From the IMG/VR virus record IMGVR_UViG_3300044539_000240: a DNA stretch of 64,000 nucleotides; one strand, given 5' to 3'. The notes under the pieces were generated by a model. The model did no database searches. It was given only the letters and a program-made list of their open reading frames with translations, and was not told the origin of the DNA. This DNA comes from a virus. Of the stretch, positions 18,654 to 28,279 are shown one piece after another (position 1 is the first letter of the stretch; every line of letters begins with the position of its first letter). The position numbers were made by a program, and so were the translations under genes.

Positions 18654-19316
18654 ATGATTAAGATAGAAAAAGACAGAAAAGTTTTTGTAACGTCTGATAC
18701 ACACTACGGACATAAAAACATTTGCCGTGGGGTGACAAATTGGAGATTACCGGATGGTAGTATTCCAATAGACCAAACAAGAGATTTCAAAACAATAGAA
18801 CAAATGAACGAATCTATTGTTAGTGGAATCAATAGTGTTGTTGGTGAAGATGATGTATTAATTCACTTGGGTGACTGGTCTTTTGGTGGGTTTGAAAACA
18901 TCCAAAAGTTTAGAGATAGAATTGTGTGTAAAGAGATTCACCTTATATTAGGTAATCACGACCACCACATTCAAAATAACCGAGGTGAGTGTCAGGAACT
19001 ATTTGCAAGCGTTACTCGTTCAACAACAATGACATACAAATTCAAAACATTTGAATTATTTCACTACCCTATTGCGTCTTGGGAAAACCTAAACAGAGGA
19101 GTTATTCACCTTCACGGGCACGTTCACTTACCAACAAACTTAAGATTTGGTAAAGGTAAAAAAATGGATGTTGGTATAGATGGTCACCCAACTTTTGGAG
19201 TATATGATATGGACGATATCATAAGAATTATGGATAAACGTGATATTGTGTCAGATATGTTATTTGACCACCACACGGATGAGGTTGAAACCGAAGATGG
19301 AAAAAAAAGAAAATAA
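18654..19316 (+). CDS. calcineurin-like metallophosphoesterase (220 aa)
   Basis: Motifs VTSDTHYGH, LGDWSFGG, LGNHDHH, HLHGHVH. Confidence 0.7.
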   Translation: MIKIEKDRKVFVTSDTHYGHKNICRGVTNWRLPDGSIPIDQTRDFKTIEQMNESIVSGINSVVGEDDVLIHLGDWSFGGFENIQKFRDRIVCKEIHLILGNHDHHIQNNRGECQELFASVTRSTTMTYKFKTFELFHYPIASWENLNRGVIHLHGHVHLPTNLRFGKGKKMDVGIDGHPTFGVYDMDDIIRIMDKRDIVSDMLFDHHTDEVETEDGKKRK

Positions 19317-19342
19317 AATTAGGATAGTAAATTTTAATTACT

Positions 19343-19350
19343 TACCTTTG
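19343..19350 (+). promoter_or_regulatory. Bacteroidetes -7 promoter element TACCTTTG
   Basis: TAnnTTTG 20 nt upstream of ATG 19371. Confidence 0.45.
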
Positions 19351-19370
19351 TCAAACAAAAATATAAAAAT

Positions 19371-19592
19371 ATGCAAACATTGATTTTTAACACAACAACA
19401 AAAAAAGTTCAGTTGTTGTCGGGTTCAAAAGGGGACTCAAAAGTATTAGAGGCATTTGATAATGTGTCTACCGTAAAATGTTCAGAACTTGGATATTACG
19501 AAATTATGCAGAAATCAGATGCTAGAGAGGCAACTGCAATTCCTGTGATGAGATTACCAATTTCAAATACCAATATGTTAATTGAAAAATAG
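19371..19592 (+). CDS. hypothetical protein (73 aa)
   Basis: ORF with a -7 promoter box upstream. Confidence 0.45.
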   Translation: MQTLIFNTTTKKVQLLSGSKGDSKVLEAFDNVSTVKCSELGYYEIMQKSDAREATAIPVMRLPISNTNMLIEK

Positions 19593-19875
19593 TATGAAGA
19601 AAATTGCGATTGTTATTGGGATTTTATTAGTAACGATTGGTTTAGTCGAAACAATTGATTTATCATTTTATCTGATGAATCGTCCGGACACATATCTATT
19701 CAATTTAGGTCTTGTATTGTTTGGATTACAATTATTAGGGTTTGCTGCTATAGGTGGTTTTATGTATGATTTAGTATCGAGATGGTCTAAAGATAAGGAA
19801 CCGGAAATAACAACCAAAGAACCTCAAAAACCAAAGAAGAAAAATAAAAATAACTTAAAACAAGAAAAAAAATGA
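19582..19875 (+). CDS. small membrane protein (2 TM) with Lys-rich tail; possible NfeD-like partner of the SPFH protein
   Basis: Two hydrophobic helices; stop overlaps start of 19872 (ATGA). Confidence 0.5.
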   Translation: MKNSMKKIAIVIGILLVTIGLVETIDLSFYLMNRPDTYLFNLGLVLFGLQLLGFAAIGGFMYDLVSRWSKDKEPEITTKEPQKPKKKNKNNLKQEKK

Positions 19876-20699
19876 GAAGAATTTTAGTAGCAGTAGGAAT
19901 TGTTGTATTACTTTTTACAATGGTAATGTCGTGTGAGAGAATCGATGCGGGTCACGTAGGTGTAAAAGTCGATATGTATGGAAGTGGTAAAGGGGTAAAC
20001 GATGTCACAGAATGTACGGGAGTAGTGTTTTATAACCCTATCACAACAAAAATTTATGAGTTCCCAACATTTATTCAACACAAAGAGTACAAAGATGAAA
20101 ATTCATTTGTCGTGAATAGTAAGGATGGTTCAGAATTTAGTGTTTCTCCAATTATGAACTATTCAGTTCAAAGAGAAAAAGTCCCTACAATATTCGCTAA
20201 ATACAGAAGAAGTTTGGAAGAAATTGAAGAAGGATTCTTAAAAACTGCTGTGTATGACGCATTCCGTTTAGCAACTAATAAGTATACCGCAGATGGATTA
20301 ATCGGAAATAGAGAAATTTTTGAGATTGAAGTTAGACGTTTGTTAGAAGCTCAATTACTTAAAGAAGGATTCGTAATCAATCAGTTCACATCTAATTTAG
20401 TTTATCCGGATTCATTCAAGAAAGCAATTAATGCTAAGAACAACGCGGTACAGTCGGCATTGATGGCGGAGAACAAAGTAAAACAGGCCGAGGCTGAGGC
20501 TAAAATTAAAGTGGCAACTGCTAATGGTAACGCAGAAGCATTATTGGCGAACGCAAGAGCCGAGGCGGAATCTAACAGATTAAGACAACAAACATTAACA
20601 CCAATGTTATTACAACAACAATGGATTGAGAAATGGAAAGGTAATGTTCCAACCACTCAGTTGGGAGCAAACACTCAAGTGTTGTACGGTCTAAAATAA
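19872..20699 (+). CDS. SPFH/band-7 (stomatin/prohibitin-like) membrane protein
   Basis: N-terminal TM helix then an SPFH-like domain and an Ala/Glu-rich coiled-coil tail (AEAEAKIKVATANGNAEALLANARAEAE). Confidence 0.55.
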   Translation: MRRILVAVGIVVLLFTMVMSCERIDAGHVGVKVDMYGSGKGVNDVTECTGVVFYNPITTKIYEFPTFIQHKEYKDENSFVVNSKDGSEFSVSPIMNYSVQREKVPTIFAKYRRSLEEIEEGFLKTAVYDAFRLATNKYTADGLIGNREIFEIEVRRLLEAQLLKEGFVINQFTSNLVYPDSFKKAINAKNNAVQSALMAENKVKQAEAEAKIKVATANGNAEALLANARAEAESNRLRQQTLTPMLLQQQWIEKWKGNVPTTQLGANTQVLYGLK

Positions 20700-20721
20700 T
20701 AAAAAAATAAAATATTTAAAA

Positions 20722-20749
20722 AATCCTCATTTATTGAGGATTTTTTTTT
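20722..20749 (+). terminator. intrinsic terminator after the SPFH gene
   Basis: aatcctca-tttat-tgaggatt hairpin plus T9. Confidence 0.7.
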
Positions 20750-20756
20750 ATCTTTG
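20749..20756 (+). promoter_or_regulatory. Bacteroidetes -7 promoter element TATCTTTG, 4 nt before ATG 20761
   Basis: TAnnTTTG overlapping the terminator T-run; implies a leaderless transcript for the RNA ligase gene. Confidence 0.45.
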
Positions 20757-20760
20757 CATT

Positions 20761-21840
20761 ATGAAAATTGATATAGAAATAATAAACAGATACGTTAGTG
20801 AAGGATTGATTGAGAAAAACTCTCACCCAACTCTTCCGATTGCAATTTACAATTACTCAAGAAAAGTTCAATATGAAGGTCTTTGGGATACTATGACCAG
20901 AAATTGTCGAGGTCTTGTGTTAGACAATGATGGTAATGTTCTTGCAAAACCATTTGGTAAATTTTTCAACATGGAAGAACACGACCCAAGTGAAATCCCA
21001 AATGAAACTTTTGAAGTGTTTGAAAAAATGGATGGTTCTTTAGGTATATTGTTTTGGTATCAGGGTAAATGGATTTTTGCAAGTAAAGGTTCATTCACTT
21101 CAGACCAAGCGATTAAAGGTCAAGAAATGTTATCAAAATATGATATACAACCAATCCCAAAAGGTTACACTACTTTGATGGAGATTATCTATCCTGAGAA
21201 TCGTATTGTTTGTGATTATGGCGACGAAGAAAGTTTGGTTGTACTTACAATGATTAGTAATGTTTCAGGAAAAGAATTCGACTACCCTTCTTTACTTCAA
21301 GTTTGTGAAGTTGTGGGAATGCCGGTGGTTAAACGATATGATGGGGTGGAAGATTATAAGACCCTTAAATCAATTATTAAGAACAATCAAGAAGGATTTG
21401 TTATTAGATTTAGAAATGGGTTTAGAATGAAGATAAAAGGGGAAGAATACGTTCGTCTCCACAGAATCTTAACCGGATTTTCTAATATAAACATTTGGGA
21501 AGTATTAAAAAATGGGGAAGACATAAACACATATTTGGATAAAGTCCCGGATGAATTTGACAAATGGGTTAAAAATGTGGTTAAAGATTTGAGATATGGG
21601 TATTTTCAAATTAGTGAAAGAGCTGGAAAAACGTTTGATTACTATATGTATGGTAAGTACAACGATAAAGAACCGGTTACAGACAGAAAAGTTTTTGCTG
21701 AATGGGTTATGACTCAAGAACAATATCTTCAACCAATATTATTTAAAATGTTTGATAAAAGGGATTATTCTTCATACATTTGGGAGAAAATAAGACCAAC
21801 ATACAGTAAACCATTTTGGCAAAAAGAAAGTGAGTCATGA
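20761..21840 (+). CDS. RNA ligase, T4 RnlA (Rnl1) family
   Basis: NCRGLVLDNDGNVLAKPFGKFFN (cf. T4 Rnl1 ECRGIMF..RPMEKFFN); nucleotidyltransferase motif I KMDGS (KxDG), motif IV EGFVIR, motif V KIKG. Start corrected to MKIDIEII. Confidence 0.75.
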   Translation: MKIDIEIINRYVSEGLIEKNSHPTLPIAIYNYSRKVQYEGLWDTMTRNCRGLVLDNDGNVLAKPFGKFFNMEEHDPSEIPNETFEVFEKMDGSLGILFWYQGKWIFASKGSFTSDQAIKGQEMLSKYDIQPIPKGYTTLMEIIYPENRIVCDYGDEESLVVLTMISNVSGKEFDYPSLLQVCEVVGMPVVKRYDGVEDYKTLKSIIKNNQEGFVIRFRNGFRMKIKGEEYVRLHRILTGFSNINIWEVLKNGEDINTYLDKVPDEFDKWVKNVVKDLRYGYFQISERAGKTFDYYMYGKYNDKEPVTDRKVFAEWVMTQEQYLQPILFKMFDKRDYSSYIWEKIRPTYSKPFWQKESES

Positions 21841-22046
21841 AACAAAAATTAGAAACGATTTACGAGACAAATATTGTCCATAATTCATTTTTGGATAAAG
21901 ATTCCATCATTCAAGCAATGGTGGAATCTTATAATTTAGGTAAACAGGAATTAATTAACTGGTTATCCGAAAAAGATTACTTATCGGATGATAAACAAAC
22001 TTTATTAAAAGAGTACAATAACCTCATTAACAACATAAAAAAATGA
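21837..22046 (+). CDS. hypothetical small protein (69 aa)
   Basis: First of four small genes with overlapping or adjacent stops and starts (ATGA junctions). Confidence 0.45.
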   Translation: MKQKLETIYETNIVHNSFLDKDSIIQAMVESYNLGKQELINWLSEKDYLSDDKQTLLKEYNNLINNIKK

Positions 22047-22225
22047 CAAACGAAGAATTCACTTTAGAAATACTAATGGAAGCCGAATCTTTAGGTATTC
22101 GTAAAGAAGTATTAGAATTATCTAATAAAATCAAACAGGAAAATGAATTTATGGATATTAACTCATCCATTGAAAAAGCATTTCAACACATGAAAGCCAA
22201 ATTACAAGAATATAATAATGTTTAA
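22043..22225 (+). CDS. hypothetical small protein (60 aa)
   Basis: Translationally coupled small ORF. Confidence 0.45.
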   Translation: MTNEEFTLEILMEAESLGIRKEVLELSNKIKQENEFMDINSSIEKAFQHMKAKLQEYNNV

Positions 22226-22228
22226 ATT

Positions 22229-22444
22229 ATGACAGAAGATGAATTAGAATATTGGCAATCAGTTCAATACAGAATGGATGCAGAAGGTTTTGACTACTGC
22301 TTTGTAAGTTATAGTGATTGGGATGAAATCAAAGATGAAGAATTCCATCGATTAAGATTGGGATTCTTACAACATATGAAAGAACTTCGTCAATACATTG
22401 ATAGTAAAGTTGAAGAAGGCGAAAACCTTGAATTAGAAAATTAA
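22229..22444 (+). CDS. hypothetical small acidic protein (71 aa)
   Basis: Translationally coupled small ORF. Confidence 0.45.
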   Translation: MTEDELEYWQSVQYRMDAEGFDYCFVSYSDWDEIKDEEFHRLRLGFLQHMKELRQYIDSKVEEGENLELEN

Positions 22445-22446
22445 TT

Positions 22447-22641
22447 ATGGGCGGATTATACGATTTAATGGACCAAGTAGTTGCGGTAAGTTTAGGAGTT
22501 CCAATGGAAACTTACATTAACATAATTGAAACCAAATGTACTGAAGAAGAGGCCACTTTCATCATCATGACCATTATAGATGAGGATGAAGATAATTTAG
22601 ATAAGGCGAAAGAAACATTTAACAAATATTTGAATGAGTAA
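22447..22641 (+). CDS. hypothetical small acidic protein (64 aa)
   Basis: Translationally coupled small ORF. Confidence 0.45.
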   Translation: MGGLYDLMDQVVAVSLGVPMETYINIIETKCTEEEATFIIMTIIDEDEDNLDKAKETFNKYLNE

Positions 22642-22777
22642 TACACAATCAACCGACGATGAATTGTGGGACTATTACAGCGGATTACCAAATCCAATGT
22701 GGTATCAACATATTGAAGAAATAGGTGAAGAAGAAAATACAAGTGATGGTAATGATACTGAAGTTACTACTGAATAA
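22634..22777 (+). CDS. possible small acidic protein (47 aa, MSNTQSTDDELWDYYSGLPNPMWYQ...)
   Basis: ATG overlapping the stop of the preceding gene; fills the gap before thyA. Below the size cutoff of the ORF track. Confidence 0.3.
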   Translation: MSNTQSTDDELWDYYSGLPNPMWYQHIEEIGEEENTSDGNDTEVTTE

Positions 22778-22801
22778 AATAAAACGAAAAAGAAAAAGTA
22801 T

Positions 22802-24004
22802 TTGGGATTTATGAATAACATAGACAAACAATATCAGGACTTACTACAAGACATTCTTGATAATGGTGTGGAGAAAAAAGACAGAACCGGGACGGGAACA
22901 ATCTCAGTATTCGGAAGACAAATCAGACATAAAATGTCAGAAGGATTCCCATTACTTACGACCAAAAAGATGCCGTGGAAATCAATCGTCACAGAACTTC
23001 TTTGGTTCCTTCAAGGGGATACAAACATCAAATGGTTGGTCGATAATGGATGTAACATTTGGAATGGTGATGCTTATAAAAATTATCTACTATTAATGAT
23101 TGGTAATGAACCTGAAAAGATTTTATCAATGGATGATTTTATTGATAAGATAAAGAACGATGATAAGTTTGCCAAGAAGTGGGGTGATTTAGGTCCAATT
23201 TACGGTAAGCAATGGAGGAAATGGGCACCTGAATCGGGTGAGATTAATAAAGGTGGTGTAGACCAAATCGCAAACCTAATCAACGACCTTAAATCAAATC
23301 CAGACTCAAGACGATTAATGGTTAATGCTTGGAATGTTGGAGAATTAGACCAAATGGTTCTTCCACCTTGTCATTATGGATTTCAAGTTTATACAAGAGA
23401 GTTGAGTTTGGAAAGAAGATATAACATATGGTTTAATAACAATTATGAAACTGGTATGGAAAGGTTTTTTGACCCTAATAATTTACCTGATTTTGATAAT
23501 GATTATTATACACCAACACCGACAAGAGCAATATCTCTAATGTGGAATCAACGAAGTGTAGATACATTCTTAGGATTACCATTTAATATCGCATCTTATG
23601 GATTGTTATTAGAAATCATTGCAAAAGAAGTTAATATGGTTCCGGATGAATTGATTGGAAATCTTGGTGATGTTCACCTTTATTTAAATCATATTGAACA
23701 AGCAAAAGAACAACTTGGTAGAAAATTAACATTTGACGAAAGAACGGAAATGTTGAAAGACAAGATGGGTATTGATAAGTATAATAAAGAACTTTCAGAA
23801 CTTGTTCCGTTTGGTGGGGGTATGAGTGAATTTTACAAATATTATAAAATTCCATATGAAACAAGAGAACCTTATGATTTACCTACATTGAAATTCTCAC
23901 CTTGTCCAATAACCGGAATTGATATGGAATATCAATCAATTGCCCAATTTCAAATTGAGAACTATGAATCACATCCGGTAATTAAAGCTCCTTTGAGTAA
24001 TTAA
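22802..24004 (+). CDS. thyA: thymidylate synthase (ThyA family) with three insertions (400 aa)
   Basis: DRTGTGT, GFPLLTTKK, ELLWFLQGDTN, GPIYGKQWR, RRLMVNAWN, catalytic Cys in LPPCHYGFQV, DTFLGLPFNIASYGLL, HPVIKAP. Three insertions relative to the ~264 aa enzyme: about 30 aa after NIW, and about 30 and 50 aa in the C-terminal half. Confidence 0.85.
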   Translation: MGFMNNIDKQYQDLLQDILDNGVEKKDRTGTGTISVFGRQIRHKMSEGFPLLTTKKMPWKSIVTELLWFLQGDTNIKWLVDNGCNIWNGDAYKNYLLLMIGNEPEKILSMDDFIDKIKNDDKFAKKWGDLGPIYGKQWRKWAPESGEINKGGVDQIANLINDLKSNPDSRRLMVNAWNVGELDQMVLPPCHYGFQVYTRELSLERRYNIWFNNNYETGMERFFDPNNLPDFDNDYYTPTPTRAISLMWNQRSVDTFLGLPFNIASYGLLLEIIAKEVNMVPDELIGNLGDVHLYLNHIEQAKEQLGRKLTFDERTEMLKDKMGIDKYNKELSELVPFGGGMSEFYKYYKIPYETREPYDLPTLKFSPCPITGIDMEYQSIAQFQIENYESHPVIKAPLSN

Positions 24005-24606
24005 TAAAATTTCATGTATAATTCAACAATTTTTTGGGATAGTCTTTTAATAGTTCGATTGACATCATCTAAATCAATTTCTTTACCTTGTGATTCCATC
24101 CATTTTAAAGTACCTTGAATCATTATGTCTTTAGCCTCTTCAGAGCTGTCCAACATTTCTTGGAAATCTTCATTGTCTTCATTATTTTCACCATAATATC
24201 GGTCAATCCATTTTTTACCTGAGTACAATAACGGTCCTGCTTGAAACATATTCACAGGACCTGCTTTTTGAACTTTCTTAAGATATTCTTTTAGGAATCT
24301 ATAATTAAAGTTTTCAAAAATGTCAGGATTTTTTTTGAAGAAGTCATACTCTTTACTACCGGTTTGTTCCTCGATTCTTTTTTCAGAAATTTTCTTCCAA
24401 GCGTCAGTGGCACTAACTAAAGATAATTTACTACCATTTTCCCAATTAACACTAATAATGACATCATCCTCGTTTGGTTCAAATGGGTCTCTTTGAACTT
24501 TGGTTACAACACCTTTTGTCCCCGGTGGAACGGTTGTTTCGTGTTCCATATGGAAACACATTATATTATCACCAACTTTTAATGGCGGATTTAATTGTCC
24601 TTTCAT
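24001..24606 (-). CDS. hypothetical protein. Start corrected to MKGQLNPPLK.
   Basis: Longest ORF would overlap the divergent 24638 gene; the internal Met at 24606 is preceded by a TATTTATA box. Confidence 0.5.
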   Translation of the reverse strand: MKGQLNPPLKVGDNIMCFHMEHETTVPPGTKGVVTKVQRDPFEPNEDDVIISVNWENGSKLSLVSATDAWKKISEKRIEEQTGSKEYDFFKKNPDIFENFNYRFLKEYLKKVQKAGPVNMFQAGPLLYSGKKWIDRYYGENNEDNEDFQEMLDSSEEAKDIMIQGTLKWMESQGKEIDLDDVNRTIKRLSQKIVELYMKFY

Positions 24607-24637
24607 ACTTATAAATATAATCAATATATTTATTATT

Positions 24638-25258
24638 ATGGAATTTTTAATCACAGAGACACAACTAAAGTCAATTTTAACGGAACAGGACAAATCTAAG
24701 ATGACCGAATACATGAAAGAATTATATTCGTTCACTGAAAATATTGTTAATCGGGTTAAATCAATATATGGTTTAAACCTTAAAATGTTATTAACATGGG
24801 GTACTTCAGTTGGTGGATTAATGATGCCATTAGATAATTTTATTAAATCCGGAAACTTCGATTTAAACGAACAACAAGAATCTTTAATTCTTGTTGCCGT
24901 TGCCGCAACACTATTTTTTGAGAATAAAAGAGGGATGACTAAATTAATGGAAAAAATTAAAGAGGAAGGAATTCTACCTCAATTTGAACAAATTTTATCT
25001 AAAGGGCAAGAATTGAAATCAGCATTTATTGGATTTCTATCATCTGTCAACATTACAGTTGGGTCTTTAATTGAGATTGCCGCCTATAGTTTTTTAGTAC
25101 CAATTATTTTTGATATTTACTCACTTGGCGAATCATCAACAAATTTACGTCAAACAGCATTACAAATTACCGAAAGATTATTAGCGTCAGGTGTTATTGC
25201 GTTAAGTGGTCAAGCACTAACAGTAACAATTAGAAAAATACTTAAAAAATTTAGGTAA
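24638..25258 (+). CDS. N-terminal motif family member (MEFLITETQL...). Start corrected.
   Basis: The internal Met restores the family N-terminus (L-I-T-E-T-Q-L). Predicted hydrophobic segments suggest membrane association. Confidence 0.55.
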   Translation: MEFLITETQLKSILTEQDKSKMTEYMKELYSFTENIVNRVKSIYGLNLKMLLTWGTSVGGLMMPLDNFIKSGNFDLNEQQESLILVAVAATLFFENKRGMTKLMEKIKEEGILPQFEQILSKGQELKSAFIGFLSSVNITVGSLIEIAAYSFLVPIIFDIYSLGESSTNLRQTALQITERLLASGVIALSGQALTVTIRKILKKFR

Positions 25259-25259
25259 T

Positions 25260-26234
25260 TTATTTTTCAGAAAGAATTTTTTGGATAACTCTCTCTTGTT
25301 GTTCAGGATTTAAAGTGTGTTTGTGAGGATATTTTTTAAACCAATTTCTCACCAAAGTTTCCATATTATTTTTTTCCCTTCTTGCTCTTCTTTTGAATCC
25401 GGCTTTTTGCGCCCCCAATTCATATTTGTGGGTATAATATTTATATTTGTCTGATACTTCCTTTCTAGCTCTTCTACCTCCTTGATATTGTAATATATGT
25501 TCAATTTCATGTCTAACAACTTCATTCAATTCATTAACTAAATCATTTAATATTTCATTACCTGAATTAGGGTTCACTAAAATTTCAATATCAATTACAT
25601 CATCTTTATAATATAAATCACCCTCTACTTCAAAAGTTTCAACATCTTCATTTTCTTTAATTGACAAGTTTAAACTATATCCTTTACCTAATTCAGAATA
25701 ATCATAATAAGATTCCGTCTCTCTCAAATCATCAGGTAGCTGGTAATTTCCAACTTTTTTAGTTTTAAACACACTTAAGATATCATTAACAATTTGTCTA
25801 ACAATTCTATCATATTTTCCTTCCATAATTAAACTTTCGTTTATGTTATTATTAGTTTCATTAATTACTTTTGTACAAATCACCGGGTTTTCAATACCCC
25901 AATATAATAAAAACCTTTGTAATTGGTCACTTATTCGATTATTTAAAACATAAAAAGTTAAATCTTGATTATCAAGTTCAAGTTCTTTGTGACCTCTCAT
26001 TAATAAATCTGTAAGAGTATTCATCATCGGGCTAGAAGGTTGTATAAATGTTGTGTAAGTGATAAATGTCATTTTATCACCAGCACGATACATCTCTTTA
26101 ATACCTGTAAGTTCAACTTTAACAACCGCGTACATTTCTCGAGGGGCAACATCACCCAAAGGGTCGTCCACCTTAAACTCATGTTGAGATAAAAAGTTAT
26201 TAAGTCTCTCTATTGGTAAATTTAAATCTTCCAT
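25260..26234 (-). CDS. hypothetical protein with HExxH motif (VRHEIEHILQY) and basic C-terminal tail (324 aa)
   Basis: Possible zinc metallopeptidase, supported only by the short motif. Confidence 0.45.
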   Translation of the reverse strand: MEDLNLPIERLNNFLSQHEFKVDDPLGDVAPREMYAVVKVELTGIKEMYRAGDKMTFITYTTFIQPSSPMMNTLTDLLMRGHKELELDNQDLTFYVLNNRISDQLQRFLLYWGIENPVICTKVINETNNNINESLIMEGKYDRIVRQIVNDILSVFKTKKVGNYQLPDDLRETESYYDYSELGKGYSLNLSIKENEDVETFEVEGDLYYKDDVIDIEILVNPNSGNEILNDLVNELNEVVRHEIEHILQYQGGRRARKEVSDKYKYYTHKYELGAQKAGFKRRARREKNNMETLVRNWFKKYPHKHTLNPEQQERVIQKILSEK

Positions 26235-26246
26235 TATCGATAAATA

Positions 26247-26672
26247 CTATCGAAATGGAATTACAACACCGACTCCGTATCTAAAACCTTCCATGTAATT
26301 TACACCAACAGTGAAATCAAACCCTTTTTCAGTATTTGTAATAATTCTCAATGGGTAAATTTTAACCCATACATCCGGTTTAGTTTTAATTTCATCAATA
26401 TAAGTTTCAATAAATACACCCCCCATAACACTAACTTTGTGATTGGTTAAACTAATCCCAACACGATTCAAAATCGACATCGGTGTTGTGTAGATGTAAG
26501 GTTGTGGACGGGTCGTTGTGACATACCCACCAACATAATACCCAATTGGAGAGTAATTGCTGTTATAAGTTGCTACAATCGTGTTTTGGTCCGGTACATA
26601 CATTAAGTCCGCATCCTGAGAGAATCCCATAAATGGAATCAATAAAAATAAAAGTGAGGTTATTGTTTTCAT
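26247..26672 (-). CDS. small secreted protein, possibly an 8-strand outer-membrane beta-barrel (141 aa)
   Basis: Signal peptide MKTITSLLFLLIPFMGFSQ; alternating hydrophobic pattern; C-terminal ...VVIPFR. Confidence 0.45.
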   Translation of the reverse strand: MKTITSLLFLLIPFMGFSQDADLMYVPDQNTIVATYNSNYSPIGYYVGGYVTTTRPQPYIYTTPMSILNRVGISLTNHKVSVMGGVFIETYIDEIKTKPDVWVKIYPLRIITNTEKGFDFTVGVNYMEGFRYGVGVVIPFR

Positions 26673-26784
26673 AATGCAAATATACTACATTTAATCATAC
26701 TATAAAAATTAAAATGTTAAAATTTACATTTGTATTTGACCCATTTAATTAAAAAAATTATAATTTAATCAAACTAAATAACTT

Positions 26785-27972
26785 ATGTCAAAAATCTCAG
26801 AAATTAAAAACCAGTATCCTGAGTTAAACATATCGATAATCGATTTGTTTTCAAAAATGGATAGTACCAAAACAAACAAATACTTACCTTTAATGTGTAA
26901 ATTACTTTCATCAAGATTCCAAGTGAATAAATTATGGCACAAACGTGACGAAGAAAGTGAAATGAATCATATTAAAGAAAGATTGGACCTTATGGGTTTA
27001 AATTATAATGGTATGTCAAATAATGAAATTTACGCTCATTATTGTTTATCAGACCATTTTAGTAATGAAGATATGCAGCTTTTAGCCTCATTTCGAAAAT
27101 ATAATGAAAGAGGTTTAATACCAAATAATGATGTCACTTCTTACCAAAATTTTGAACAAATCATGTCGTCTGTTGGATTAGCCTCTCTAAAAGAAGATGA
27201 GAAAGAATTAAGGTCTCAAATCATTAGAGAACACGATGACGAAACTTGGTTAGCGTTAAGACCATTAACATTTGGAGCATCATCCAAATACGGAGCGGCA
27301 ACTAAATGGTGTACAACTTACCAAAATGATAAACAGTATTTTGAAAGATATTGGAAAAGAGGTATTTTAGTTTATTTTATTAATAAAATCACCGGATTAA
27401 AATTTGCCGTATTCAAAGCTCTTGATGGAGATAAAGAATTAAGTTTTTGGAATGCTGCGGACCAAAGAGTCGATTTCTTGGAATTAGATATAGATGATTA
27501 TATGTTCCCAATTATTAAACAAATTTTGAAATCGGAAGAAACCAATAGAGATTTGTCTTCAACTAAAATTAGAGCACAAGTTCGTAAAGAATGTGGTCGT
27601 CCAGTTGAGAAACAATTAGTTAGGCAAGACACGTACTACGAAGAAGAGGTAGAAAGACCAATGTATGAGGTGGAAACACCAATGATGGAAGAGGCAATTC
27701 CACAAATTAATTTTAACATGGAAGAAAGACGTGTTGAACCTCGAGTTGTTCAATTAAGACCTTTAGGTAGAGAAATTAGAGAAGAAATGAACAATATCAT
27801 GGAAGAAATTGGTGAAGATATTACTGAAGAAACTATATCACCTCTTAGAAGAAGAATTTCGAATCTTAGAGAATCAATGGGAATTAGATTACAAAACATT
27901 GAAATCGGAGGAGCTCATCAAGTTGGTGAAGAAATCGGTTATGAAGAAGATTGTACACAAAGTCCAGAATAA
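26785..27972 (+). CDS. hypothetical protein with C-terminal E/R-rich repeats (395 aa)
   Basis: Candidate -7 box TACATTTG at 26725-26732 upstream. Confidence 0.5.
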   Translation: MSKISEIKNQYPELNISIIDLFSKMDSTKTNKYLPLMCKLLSSRFQVNKLWHKRDEESEMNHIKERLDLMGLNYNGMSNNEIYAHYCLSDHFSNEDMQLLASFRKYNERGLIPNNDVTSYQNFEQIMSSVGLASLKEDEKELRSQIIREHDDETWLALRPLTFGASSKYGAATKWCTTYQNDKQYFERYWKRGILVYFINKITGLKFAVFKALDGDKELSFWNAADQRVDFLELDIDDYMFPIIKQILKSEETNRDLSSTKIRAQVRKECGRPVEKQLVRQDTYYEEEVERPMYEVETPMMEEAIPQINFNMEERRVEPRVVQLRPLGREIREEMNNIMEEIGEDITEETISPLRRRISNLRESMGIRLQNIEIGGAHQVGEEIGYEEDCTQSPE

Positions 27973-27978
27973 AAAAAA

Positions 27979-28005
27979 ATACCCCAATTACGGGGTATTT
28001 TTTTA
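27979..28005. terminator. bidirectional intrinsic terminator
   Basis: A9 then ataccccaatt/acggggtat hairpin then T7, between convergent genes. Confidence 0.7.
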
Positions 28006-28006
28006 T

Positions 28007-28279
28007 TTAAAATTCTTCTATTTCAACAACTAATTTACCATCACCTTTAATTACTCGGTGCCAAGAAAGTTTTGGAATAATAAGTTTATCGGCAATTGAC
28101 AACTTATTCGGCAATTCATCTTCCATTTGAAATTGCCACCCACCATCTTCAATTATGGTTACTCGTCTATCTTTCAAGTCCTGATGCCACTTTAATTCTT
28201 CATCTTCAACATCCGGATAAAAAGTTCTTACTAGTTTACCATTTTCAATTATTTGTTCAAATGGGAAATCCATTACCAA
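28007..28279 (-). CDS. hypothetical protein (90 aa)
   Basis: Its start overlaps the stop of 28273..28899. Confidence 0.45.
   Translation of the reverse strand: MVMDFPFEQIIENGKLVRTFYPDVEDEELKWHQDLKDRRVTIIEDGGWQFQMEDELPNKLSIADKLIIPKLSWHRVIKGDGKLVVEIEEF

Noticed and set aside
22857-23864. ORFs 22857..23096(+) and 23631..23864(-) inside thyA
   Set aside because: They are embedded in the strongly supported ThyA reading frame, in an alternative frame or antisense.
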